A stretch of 51,528 nt of DNA. Source: Octopus bimaculoides (lineage: Eukaryota). Both the position numbers and the translations under genes were made by a program. Below the pieces are notes generated by a model that saw only the letters and a list, made by a program, of their open reading frames with translations, did no database searches and had not been told where the DNA came from. Of this stretch, positions 1-10,194 are shown piece by piece. Location: NCBI RefSeq assembly GCF_001194135.2, contig NC_068990.1:74813757-74865284 (forward strand), in the 5' to 3' direction. Each line of letters starts with the position of its first letter. Position 1 is the stretch's first letter.

Positions 1-37
<37 letters not shown>

Positions 38-1483
38 TATATGTGTGTGTATTGGGTGTATATATATTTATGTATATATGTATATATATATGTGTGTGTG
101 TGAGAGTATATATACATGCATACATACATACATACATACATACACACATATATACATGCATGCATGCATACATACATACATACATACAGCTAACGTATTG
201 ATGCAGTATCAAGATCTATGCAGTATTCCTAATCCAGCATGAGCTGGAGGCCATAAACTGATTAACTAAAGATAAGAGACACAACAACAACAACAAAAAC
301 AACAATTACAACAACAGCAACACCGACAACAACAAAAACAACAATAGAAATCAGATATTTTAAGCTATTTCACTGGTGTCGTTACTTTATTTGTGCTTTT
401 TTGTGTTTTTATATAATATTCATGTAGCTGTTATTGTTGTTGCTGTTGTTGTTTTTTATGTTGTTGTTGTTGTTGCTATTGGTGGAGGTGCGAGAGTTAC
501 TAAAAGAGTTTCTACTAATTCTTGCTTTTCTTGTTGCTGTNNNNNNNNNNNNNNNNNNNNNNNNNNNNNNNNNNNNNNNNNNNNNNNNNNNNNNNNNNNN
601 NNNNNNNNNNNNNNNNNNNNNNNNNNNNNNNNNNNNNNNNNNNNNNNNNNNNNNNNNNNNNNNNNNNNNNNNNNNNNNNNNNNNNNNNNNNNNNNNNNNN
701 NNNNNNNNNNNNNNNNNNNNNNNNNNNNNNNNNNNNNNNNNNNNNNNNNNNNNNNNNNNNNNNNNNNNNNNNNNNNNNNNNNNNNNNNNNNNNNNNNNNN
801 NNNNNNNNNNNNNNNNNNNNNNNNNNNNNNNNNNNNNNNNNNNNNNNNNNNNNNNNNNNNNNNNNNNNNNNNNNNNNNNNNNNNNNNNNNNNNNNNNNNN
901 NNNNNNNNNNNNNNNNNNNNNNNNNNNNNNNNNNNNNNNNNNNNNNNNNNNNNNNNNNNNNNNNNNNNNNNNNNNNNNNNNNNNNNNNNNNNNNNNNNNN
1001 NNNNNNNNNNNNNNNNNNNNNNNNNNNNNNNNNNNNNNNNNNNNNNNNNNNNNNNNNNNNNNNNNNNNNNNNNNNNNNNNNNNNNNNNNNNNNNNNNNNN
1101 NNNNNNNNNNNNNNNNNNNNNNNNNNNNNNNNNNNNNNNNNNNNNNNNNNNNNNNNNNNNNNNNNNNNNNNNNNNNNNNNNNNNNNNNNNNNNNNNNNNN
1201 NNNNNNNNNNNNNNNNNNNNNNNNNNNNNNNNNNNNNNNNNNNNNNNNNNNNNNNNNNNNNNNNNCGGAAGTGTTTTGTGGATGCATTGGCTAGTTCAGA
1301 GGTCAAGATATATCACATGATCTGGCACGTGAGATCTCCTATCTGTAGATCCAGACCTACTTCCTTACCTGATTGTTGGTTGCAATTCTGTGATAATGAT
1401 AAGCATGAAAATAACCACCACCACCGCCATGATCATCATCATCATCGCTATTATCAGCGTCATCGTCATCATCATCATTATCG

Positions 1484-1514
<31 letters not shown>

Positions 1515-1530
1515 CATCATCATAATTCAT

Positions 1531-1713
1531 TAAGGCAGAGCGCTGGCAGAATCAATAGCAGGGAGGGATGGGGGCTGCAAATTACTTAGCGGCATTTCAT
1601 GGGATTTTACGTTCTGAGTTCAAATTCCGCCGAGGTCAGCTTTGTCTTTCATCGTTTTTGGGGTCGATGTAGTCGACCTAATTTCGTCACCGATATTGCT
1701 GGCCTTGCGCCAA
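1531..1713 (+). mobile_element. SINE family A (tRNA head; core gagttcaaattccgccgaggtcgactttgcctttcatcctttcggggtcgataaa)
   Basis: A box tggcagaatc, B box gagttcaaattcc, 3' ggccttgcgccaaaatttgaa; flanked by (CAT)n on both sides. Confidence 0.85.
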
Positions 1714-1783
1714 AATTTGAAATAATCATCACCACCACCACCACCACTACCGCCATCATCATCATCATAATCATCATTATTCT

Positions 1784-1958
1784 TAAGGCTGCGAGCCGGC
1801 ACGATCGTTAGCACTCAAGGTGAAATGCTTGGCGGTATTTCGTTTTTGCTTCTCATCCTTTTCGGGTCGATAAATTAAGTACCAGCTAAGTGCTGGAGTT
1901 GGTGTAATCGACTATCCTCTCCCCCAAATTTCAGGCCTTGTGCCTATAATAGAAAAGG

Positions 1959-1960
<2 letters not shown>
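1784..1960 (+). mobile_element. SINE family A, internally deleted, with (ATT)n tail
   Basis: Head plus cctttcgggtcgataaattaagtaccag ... aaatttcaggccttgtgcctataatagaaa. Confidence 0.85.
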
Positions 1961-1995
<35 letters not shown>

Positions 1996-2011
1996 CATTA
2001 TTATTATTATT

Positions 2012-2647
2012 GAGTGAGAGAGCAGTGCATGCCATCAAAGTGACACTGGGGTAAAATATACGAAGCCCAGTATACCCATAATGACTACTCTTCTGATAAG
2101 GGTACACCAGGCACATGCATCACAAGCAACTGTAAGTNNNNNNNNNNNNNNNNNNNNNNNNNNNNNNNNNNNNNNNNNNNNNNNNNNNNNNNNNNNNNNN
2201 NNNNNNNNNNNNNNNNNNNNNNNNNNNNNNNNNNNNNNNNNNNNNNNNNNNNNNNNNNNNNNNNNNNNNNNNNNNNNNNNNNNNNNNNNNNNNNNNNNNN
2301 NNNNNNNNNNNNNNNNNNNNNNNNNNNNNNNNNNNNNNNNNNNNNNAGTAGCTCATCCCGCTCAAAAGATCCCTGAATAAGGTTTGTTTAAGGATGTTGA
2401 GCAAAACACCCATGTTTCCAAAGGTGAATTATTCAAACCCCAAAGAATTCCTCTCAACACATGGCTATGATGCTCCCCCACTACTTCTGCTCATTATCAG
2501 AGATGCACACATCGTCAGCCACCAAGGGACATGCTCAACTGGTTAAGGTCAAACAACTGACAAGCAAATCTGTGGTATTAAGCCGAATATTTGCTGTAGC
2601 CCATCTTTTTATACCAAGACAAAACAATGTATATGATAACACTTCCA

Positions 2648-2648
<1 letters not shown>
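2012..2648 (-). mobile_element. Non-coding dispersed repeat (family D), probably a LINE 3' UTR or non-autonomous retroelement, with (AAT)n on both sides; contains gap 2138-2346
   Basis: 2430-2600 is the reverse complement of 18670-18842 with scattered mismatches. The minus strand ends ctctctcactc-(AAT)n. Confidence 0.65.
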
Positions 2649-2718
<70 letters not shown>

Positions 2719-2730
2719 TACTACTACTAT

Positions 2731-2965
2731 TGAAAGTGGTGGATTATCAGAATTGTTTGAGCATCGGAAGCAATTTCCTGCGGTATTTGTTCCGAATTTT
2801 TAGGCGTTTTGAAATCATATCTCTCCGGAGACAACTTTATGTTTCATCTCCTGGGGGCGATAAGATAAAATACGATTCAAGTAATAAGGTTGGTGGTATC
2901 GACTTACTCCCCGCTTCCTCCTCTTCCTCTAAAATTGATGGCTGTGTACCTACATTACAAGCCAA
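2731..2965 (+). mobile_element. Old, diverged SINE family A
   Basis: Collinear but degenerate match to the family A head, core and tail. Confidence 0.55.
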
Positions 2966-2994
2966 ATAATAATAATAATAATTGTTATTATAAT

Positions 2995-3250
2995 TCATTC
3001 TTTTATTAGCCACAAGGGCTCACATAAAACAACATTAAAGGACATGCAACAACATAAAAGACAAAAACGGGACGATGCAATAGGTTTTACGGCGTGTAAA
3101 CAATAAAAGAACAAGTAAATTAAACAAATTAAAACTCCCAATAGGCGCTTTAAGGTCCTCGTGGAAAAATCCACAAAAGCCAAGGGTGCCTGATCAACTA
3201 CCGGTTCCTGCTAGTTTTTGATGGAGTGTCTCCATTAAAGTCTAGTGTCG
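2995..3250 (-). mobile_element. Probable LINE 3' UTR fragment (Tx1-like) with AATAAA terminus
   Basis: Minus strand ends cccttgtggctaataaaagaa after a T-rich UTR-like stretch. Family assignment is from memory only. Confidence 0.35.
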
Positions 3251-3265
3251 GCTCCGTACCGATTA

Positions 3266-3545
3266 GATAATACAGTTCTATATTTAAGAGATGAGGAGTT
3301 ATGTACATTATTTACGTTTGACGAATATTTGTCGTCATCTTGTTTGTTGTTAACACAACGTTTCGGCTCATATACCCTCCAGCCTTCATCAGGTATCTTG
3401 AGGAAATTTCGAACCTGGGTTCTTATCCCTAAGATATTTTTCGATGTTGTTGTTGTTATTACTATTCTTCACTGCCTGGAATCGAATTCGGAATCTTGGG
3501 GTTAGTAGCCCGCGCTCTTAACCACTACGCCATATGCCTGTGGGC
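3266..3545 (-). mobile_element. tRNA-headed SINE-like element (family E) containing a hammerhead-like motif
   Basis: Minus strand shows a Pol III A box TGGCGTAGTGG (3532-3522), a B box GAATTCGATTCC (3489-3478), a (TAA/CAA) linker, the hammerhead core and an AT-rich tail. Head and tail recur, fused, at 4261-4318. Confidence 0.7.
3352..3397 (-). ncRNA. Putative minimal type I hammerhead ribozyme
   Basis: RNA GAUAC-CUGAUGA-A-GGCU-(12 nt)-AGCC-GAAA-CG-UU-GUGUU. All core nucleotides are present, with a 5-bp stem I (two G.U pairs), a 4-bp stem II and a palindromic ACGU in place of stem III. Confidence 0.55.
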
Positions 3546-3607
3546 AATTATGGTGGGAATTTTTGGGCTTATAAATCTAAAATTTTCCTATCCTTCCTTA
3601 ATACCGG

Positions 3608-3706
<99 letters not shown>

Positions 3707-4260
3707 CNNNNNNNNNNNNNNNNNNNNNNNNNNNNNNNNNNNNNNNNNNNNNNNNNNNNNNNNNNNNNNNNNNNNNNNNNNNNNNNNNNNNNNNNNNNNN
3801 NNNNNNNNNNNNNNNNNNNNNNNNNNNNNNNNNNNNNNNNNNNNNNNNNNNNNNNNNNNNNNNNNNNNNNNNNNNNNNNNNNNNNNNNNNNNNNNNNNNN
3901 NNNNNNNNNNNNNNNNNNNNNNNNNNNNNNNNNNNNNNNNNNNNNNNNNNNNNNNNNNNNNNNNNNNNNNNNNNNNNNNNNNNNNNNNNNNNNNNNNNNN
4001 NNNNNNNNNNNNNNNNNNNNNNNNNNNNNNNNNNNNNNNNNNNNNNNNNNNNNNNNNNNNNNNNNNNNNNNNNNNNNNNNNNNNNNNNNNNNNNNNNNNN
4101 NNNNNNNNNNNNNNNNNNNNNNNNNNNNNNNNNNNNNNNNNNNNNNNNNNNNNNNNNNNNNNNNNNNNNNNNNNNNNNNNNNNNNNNNNNNNNNNNNNNN
4201 NNNNNNNNNNNNNNNNNNNNNNNNNNNNNNNNNNNNNNNNNNNNNNNNNNNNNNNNNNNN

Positions 4261-4318
4261 AGGCAGTGACCTGAATAATAATGTACGTAATTCCTCATAT
4301 CTTAACTATAGAACTGAA
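4261..4318 (+). mobile_element. Internally deleted copy of family E SINE (5' part lost in the gap)
   Basis: aggcagtg (end of the tRNA head) + aataataat is joined directly to gtacgtaattcctcatatcttaactatagaactg, which matches the tail of 3266-3545. Confidence 0.6.
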
Positions 4319-4332
4319 TAAAATTATAATTT

Positions 4333-4514
4333 TGTTCAATTATAAGCACAAGTCCTGAAATTTTAAGGAAAGGGCTAGTTGATTGCATCGATACTAGTAT
4401 TTGACTTATTTATTTTATCGATAAATTAAGTACCAGTTACGTGCTTGGGGTCGATCTAATCGACTGGCCCCCTCCTCAAAAATTTCGGTCCTTGCGCCTA
4501 GAGTAGAAAAGAAT
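4333..4514. mobile_element. Two SINE family A 3' halves fused back-to-back (minus 4333-4420, plus 4418-4514)
   Basis: Both arms read outward from the palindrome TTTATCGATAAA (4414-4425). Confidence 0.75.
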
Positions 4515-4519
4515 AGTCA

Positions 4520-4997
4520 TGGCAGACCATCATGTAACAATTCAGGAAATTTCTCACGAATTGAAAATAAGCACAGGATCAGAGCAATCCATTTGAACGA
4601 AGGATTTGTGTATGCTGAGTGTGTCGGCGAAATTCGACCCCAAGGTACTGGCGGAGGAGCAAAGCCACTCCAAATGGAAATCGATTAGAACATGCTGGAC
4701 TATGCAAACCACGACCCACACTCCATGAAGGTTATCGTTACTGGTGATGAGATATGGGTTAGTTGGTCTCTGTTCGATGCGTCCTGTAATCTTGCGGGAA
4801 AACGAAGATCCAACGAGTGCGCACTATACGTCTGTACTCTTAGCGTAATAGCCGGAAATTGACGCGGCTTGCCAACGCGAAACTTTTCTGATGTGCGCAG
4901 GAAGAGTGGCATCACCTCCCACCAAAAGAACTTTTCCCACGCGGCATTAGTTTTGGTGGGAAAAGTAAAGTCAGATATTGTTTTAATGGCCCTCGTA
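4520..4997 (+). mobile_element. Mariner transposase fossil with internal deletion and right TIR
   Basis: Translates (with stops and frameshift) to HHVTIQEISHELKISTGS..KDLCMLSVSAKFDPKVL..DPHSMKVIVTGDEIWV (HTH, WVP-like linker, first catalytic D). Ends ...ttttaatggccctcgTA. Confidence 0.8.
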
Positions 4998-5359
4998 TAT
5001 AAAGGTATGTATGCATACAAATCTTTTTAGGAATATTATGAAGTGTAATGATTTTTAAAAGAAAAATATATTTATTATAAATAACACGTTCAAATAAACT
5101 ATACTATTCAATCTTATTCAAATATATTTACACATAGTTTATATACCTTTTATATAAATAAAAATATGAATCAGTCATACTTTCGGTAGAACCAAGGCAC
5201 ACTTTGGGATTCACATTTTGGGTTTTAAAAAAAGTGCGTTTTATACGCAAAAAAAAAAAGAATACGATATATTTCGTCATAGAACCGAAGTCATAAAATA
5301 TTTCATGTAGTACTTTCATTTAGAATAGATTTGTCTCAGTTTGGGGCAAATTACGATGT

Positions 5360-5560
5360 TCTCTCGACTTGTATGTGTATGTATGCAATTTTGGTATGTG
5401 TGTTTGTGTGTGTGTGTAATATAAGTGTGTGCATAAGTGAAGAAAGCAATATTTGTCCCACGATTTCTAGTTTAACTACTGTTGTTGTGGAAACGGTAAC
5501 TGTGTAGAATTGACAAACAAGACTATGAATGTATGTATATATGTATGTAGATATATATAT

Positions 5561-5637
<77 letters not shown>

Positions 5638-5693
5638 CATACATATATACATACATACATACGCACACATAGACACAGATATANNNNNNNNNN

Positions 5694-5735
<42 letters not shown>

Positions 5736-5950
5736 ACAGTTTTACTAGCAGCAAAACATGAAATCTAATCTATTGACAGGAAAAATACATTTTTTAGTAT
5801 GTGTTTATATGTATATATCTGTGCATTTATATGTGCAGGTATGTGTGTGTATGTGTGTGTGTGTGTGTGTATGCGTGCGTGCGTGTATGCTTGTGTGTGC
5901 GTCTGTTTGTTAATTGTGTGTATCAGTGAGTGTATGCGTGTGCGTGAGTA
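5360..5950. repeat. Compound (GT)/(GATA)/(CA)/(AT) microsatellite region
   Basis: Direct inspection. Similar tracts occur at 1-190, 9355-9560, 16130-16262, 28180-28520 and 34800-34870. Confidence 0.9.
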
Positions 5951-6264
5951 AAGATACGAGACAGAGTTAAGAAAAATTTACGTAAAGGACTTTATATAAC
6001 GGTGAAATAAAATATTCTATGACTGTCAGTATGTGTTATCATCAGACGTACATTTTCGTCAGTCCATGACATATTCCAAGCTCTCTTAATGTCTTCTATA
6101 ATTTCAATCAAAATATTTCACCTCTGTTCAATTCAATGTTGTTCGTATTATTTTTGTTTGTTTATAGACGCGTCTATTTGCTTGCTTCTGTTTGTGGAAT
6201 TTTTTAATTTGATTGTTTTTCTTTTGTTTTCTATTGTCTTGCTTTCGTATAATTTGAATTTGGA

Positions 6265-7225
6265 TTGGATTGGTAGAATCGCTAGCGTGTCGGACAAAAG
6301 CCCAGTGTGGTATTTACTTCCGAGTTCTTGAGTTCAAATCCCACCAAACTCAACTTTGTCTTTAAGCATTGTAGGATTGTAATTTTTCAATGTTGGATGA
6401 GAAAAATACCATGCGGTATTTAGTAGCGGCTCTTTATGTTGTGTTCAAATCCCGCTGAGGATCGACAAAATGCTAATCAATTACTGAAGAGGAAGAGTTA
6501 ATCGGTTAACTCAATGAATTTCTGGCACTGTGTCTACTTTAAAAATAATTATCATTGGCGGTGGGATAGCAGAATTGCTGGCACGCTGGGCAAAATGCTT
6601 AACAATGGTTTACCAGTCTTTACTTTGAGTTCAACTTCCACCGAGGTCGACTTTGCTTTTCATCCTTGGGAGTCGATAAAATAAGTACCAGTTGAGCACT
6701 AGGGTCGATGTAATCGACTTTCCCTCTCCGTCAAAGTTTCAAACATTGTACCTATAACAGTGTTATTATAGTCGCTTGATTGGTGCATTGTGGAGCTAGT
6801 AAATGAAAATATATTTCGTTGGCTGCGTGAATGATAACTGAAGTACATCAAAATATTTATGGCCAGGCATAAAGATATTGGTGTTATCTATTTACAATGA
6901 ACAAAATAAATGTTTGCTGACTAAGAGACAGACTGCTCTAACATTATAGATACTTGTCTGCGACAATATGCGGTCAACCCCAAAATATGCGAAGTCAACT
7001 GCGCAAATTTTTGTGGCGACAGATATTTTGGCCGTCTGTGCTCTAAGGAGTTGATAAAATAAATGCCTGTTGAGCACTGGGGTCGATGTAATCGACTTAC
7101 CACTCGCCCCGAAATTGCTGGCCATGTGCCAGAATTTAAAATTAATATTTGTGTTCTCTGTGTTCCGAGTTCAAATTTCACCGAGATCAACTTTGCCTTT
7201 CATACTTTCAGGACCGGTAAAAGAA
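6265..7225 (+). mobile_element. Cluster of at least four SINE family A copies or fragments (best copy 6557-6768)
   Basis: Repeated gagttcaa B boxes, gtcgataaaataagtaccagttgagcact and ggggtcgatgtaatcgact motifs. Confidence 0.75.
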
Positions 7226-7449
7226 AAGGGTTCTAATCTTAGTGAGGGGCTTGAAGAATCTGTAGGAATGTCAAGACAGATGCCTCGCAGTAACTGACCT
7301 GCTGCTTTGCAGTCTTAGTTCAGTAACTTCAACCGTCACACGGAACTTTACGTACCTTGAGCGAAGTCCACTCCATAGCATGCGTTCAATCAGGGTTTCT
7401 GGTTTGAGGATAGCTTCCTGTTTCCTTACCGTCTTGTAGACCCTATAAA

Positions 7450-7618
7450 AGACACTGCTTTCTTCATATACCCTGCCTTCTTCATAGACACTGTCTTCTT
7501 CGTAGACACTGCCTTCTCCGTAAACACTGCCTTCTCCGTAGACACTGCCTTCTCCGTAGACACTGTCTCCTTCATAGATACTGCCTCCTTCATAGACACT
7601 GCCTTCTTCATAGACACT
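7450..7618. repeat. 18-bp minisatellite, 9 full copies plus a partial (consensus AGACACTGCCTTCTTCAT)
   Basis: Units begin at 7450, 7468, 7486, 7504, 7522, 7540, 7558, 7576, 7594 and 7612 (partial). Confidence 0.95.
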
Positions 7619-7935
7619 AACTAAAAAGTATAAAAACAATCTGTTACCAATATCGAAATCAGTCAGCCACTCGGAGCTGTCACCAGAAGCACTATAGGAA
7701 GTTAGAGATATTAGCAGGGTTACAAGTGTGAACCAAACCATACTAACTTCTCCGGTATGACAAGATCACGATTACTTCAATATCGTGCTAAGTGTTGCTA
7801 GTCTGTATCACGTGACATTATTCCATGTATAAACCACTAAAATAATGGAATTGTCTAGAATCTAAATTATTAGAAATGCTAAGAGACCTTCTGCGATAAA
7901 TGTAAACAACTAATAATTTTAAACTACATACAAAC

Positions 7936-8005
7936 CGGTACTCCGTCGGTTACGACGATGAGGGTTCCAGTTGATCCGATCGACGGAACAGCCTGATTGT
8001 GCAAT
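7936..8005 (-). mobile_element. 3' end of SINE family C
   Basis: Reverse complement of the ggatcaactggaaccctcgtcgtcgcaacc terminus at 12459-12503. Confidence 0.8.
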
Positions 8006-8124
8006 TAATGAAAAGTGGGCATAACGTTTATTAATTGAAATATAGGACGTTCAAATTATTCATGATGGTGAAGTAAGTCTTCCTATAGTAACTTGTTCCT
8101 TCTTTTTCTCTTTGTTACAGGCAA

Positions 8125-8460
8125 ATAATTGATTTTAAACATAAAAAAAACCGGCCGTCATCGAGTTCTTGACAAAGGATTAGATGCAAGCTGTCTGATA
8201 TACTCAGAACGCCTCAGATTGTTTACTGATATAACACTATTGTCAAAAGCATTGTACACAGATAGAGAAAGAAGTTTTAAGATGAGGAGACTAATGTTGA
8301 CGTAAAACTCACTCAGTGGAAGAGCATCAACTGCGACCACTGACTCTAATCACCAGCTTATGGACCTTATGGCGTGTCACAATCCATGAGCGTGCTGTAC
8401 GGCTGAACCGTGGTCACAGTGCATTACAGAAGATGGAAGACTTCGAGTATCGGAATTCGA
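8125..8460 (+). pseudogene. Possible degraded pogo/Tigger-type CENP-B HTH transposase fragment
   Basis: GRHRVLDKGLDASCLIYSERLRLFTDITLLSKAL and W..WR..H...RL.RGHSALQKMEDFE loosely resemble HTH_Tnp_Tc5 patterns. Contains stops and frameshifts. Confidence 0.3.
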
Positions 8461-8613
8461 ATGCAAATTTGGTACCTCAGCTGTTGATACCCAATTTAAA
8501 GGAAAGAAACTTGGAAGTTCCTTGTGTTCTGCTGGAAGTATTTGAAGCCAACGAGGCTACATTTTCCCCCCTGATCTGGTGACACCATGTCCGTTAAGTT
8601 CACCGTCATCAAC

Positions 8614-8795
8614 TCACCGCAGGGTAAGTTACACGTACGAAGTTTTTGGTAATTTTTCATTCTACTTCAATTGTTCTCTCTTTTTTTTTATTTATTTATT
8701 ATTATTTTTTTATTTTTTTGTTAATAAAATACTTTTTAACTATTAGTTGTCAGATACTATGAATATATTTACTCGGTAAACTTACCTCGCGGTGA
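8614..8795. mobile_element. Small inverted-repeat element (MITE-like)
   Basis: tcaccgcagggtaagtt (8614-8630) vs aacttacctcgcggtga (8779-8795): 15/17 inverted identity around an AT-rich spacer. Confidence 0.55.
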
Positions 8796-8834
8796 ATTCA
8801 CTTTCTTCATGTTGAACTATTAATGGCGGCACAC

Positions 8835-9070
8835 TTACCTGTAATCGGTGACATGAGATGAAACATAGTACTACCTCAATGAACCAATAACAAAAGCTTA
8901 TTCCATAGACTGGTGTCACTTCTCTAAAATCTAAGAAGTTCAAGCGCCGGTGATCCCCACAAAATTATAGTGGCTGTTTGGAGGACGACACGGGCATCCT
9001 TCTCCTTGATTTTCCAGTACGAGGCTGAACCGGTAACAGCAAGCGGAACTCTAAGGTGCTCAAAAAGCAG
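8835..9070 (+). mobile_element. Mariner transposase fragment (catalytic domain N-part)
   Basis: Frameshifted translation VIGD..W..YY..EP.TK..S.DW.H...SKKFKR...S......D..GILLLDF..RG.T.NS matches the mariner TGDETW..Y..ETK.QS.EW / KKFK / FWD..GILL motifs. Confidence 0.65.
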
Positions 9071-9354
9071 TAGTCCCTCATCCATTTTAGAGCGCGGAGC
9101 TGGCGTGCTCCGATTTCCTCCTGTTCGATTCAATGAAGGACTGTCTGTGGAAACAACGATTTAATGATAGTCAAGCTGAAAATGACTGTGGAAACTTGAA
9201 ATTTTATTTGAAAGAATTCGATTTAACGATGGCGCAAGGCAGCTTGTGGTAGACACTATGTTGAATAGTACCCTTGTGTAGGGGTATTCTTTCAACAAAC
9301 GCGATTCGAACGACCTATGTCAACTAATAAGAAATATGTGTTAGTGTGTATATT

Positions 9355-9433
<79 letters not shown>

Positions 9434-9835
9434 GCACATCTAACATACACACACATACACAAACGCACACATAGACACACACAAACAAACAAACAAACAA
9501 GCACACGCATACGCACAAACAAACACACACATACACATACACATACACACACAAACGTTCATGCTGTTTACAATATTTTCTGCTTACATATGAATGAAAT
9601 TTTGTAAACATTTGTGTTTCAGAATTATCAATCGTAATTATTTATTTAGTTACATTTTCAAAATTATAATTAAAAAGAAAAGAAAAGTATTTACTCGATG
9701 ACCCGAGGAGGATTTCGGAGAAGGAGTAAACAGTGAAACAGGAATATCGCTCACGAGACAAAACATCATCTGTGTCCTACGGTGAAATTGTTTTAGTACA
9801 TGATAATTTCTCTTCGCCTTAGAGTTCCTCTTAGG

Positions 9836-10178
9836 CGGAAGTTCTCAACCAATGTTTATCTATAGACCCCTTTGATTACTATTCTATTCTGGTGGACCCC
9901 CATAGCCATTCTATGTTTAAAAACTTATTTTATAGACACTTCTTTCAAAGTTCTTATTTTGTTTTTCACACATTAACTTCTGCAAGTTAACTACGCAAAA
10001 CGTTTGAGAAAGAAACCTGCTTTTTTGCAATAAATACGTTTAAAGCATAATTTTTTCATGGATATTTGATATACAATGGTGGGTCCCCAATTTACTATTT
10101 TGTTTGCACGGACCCCCAGAAATCTTATATGGAACCCCAGAGATCATGTTTACCCCCCCCCCACCTTGCGAACCACTG
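9836..10178. mobile_element. hAT (Charlie-type) MITE with 8-bp TSD
   Basis: Termini cggaagttctcaacc and ttgcgaaccactg resemble the CAGTGGTTCTCAA TIR. Flanks ctcttagg (9828-9835) and ctctaagg (10179-10186) match 7/8. Confidence 0.7.
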
Positions 10179-10194
10179 CTCTAAGGAATTAAAT

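Noticed and set aside
283-480. Convergent (CAA)n and (TTG)n tracts as a functional hairpin
   Set aside because: Both motifs are ubiquitous in this window, so proximity is unremarkable.
1267-1380. FVDALASSEVK...ICRSRPTSL, faintly like a Gypsy gag motif
   Set aside because: Too short, truncated by a gap, and no supporting LTR or pol sequence.
3470-3545. tRNA gene candidates (also 12186-12250 and 34480-34548)
   Set aside because: A and B boxes are present, but acceptor and anticodon stems do not pair fully and each continues into a SINE body; they are SINE heads.
7450-7618. CRISPR-like array
   Set aside because: Head-to-tail 18-bp units with no spacers, in a eukaryotic context with no cas genes.
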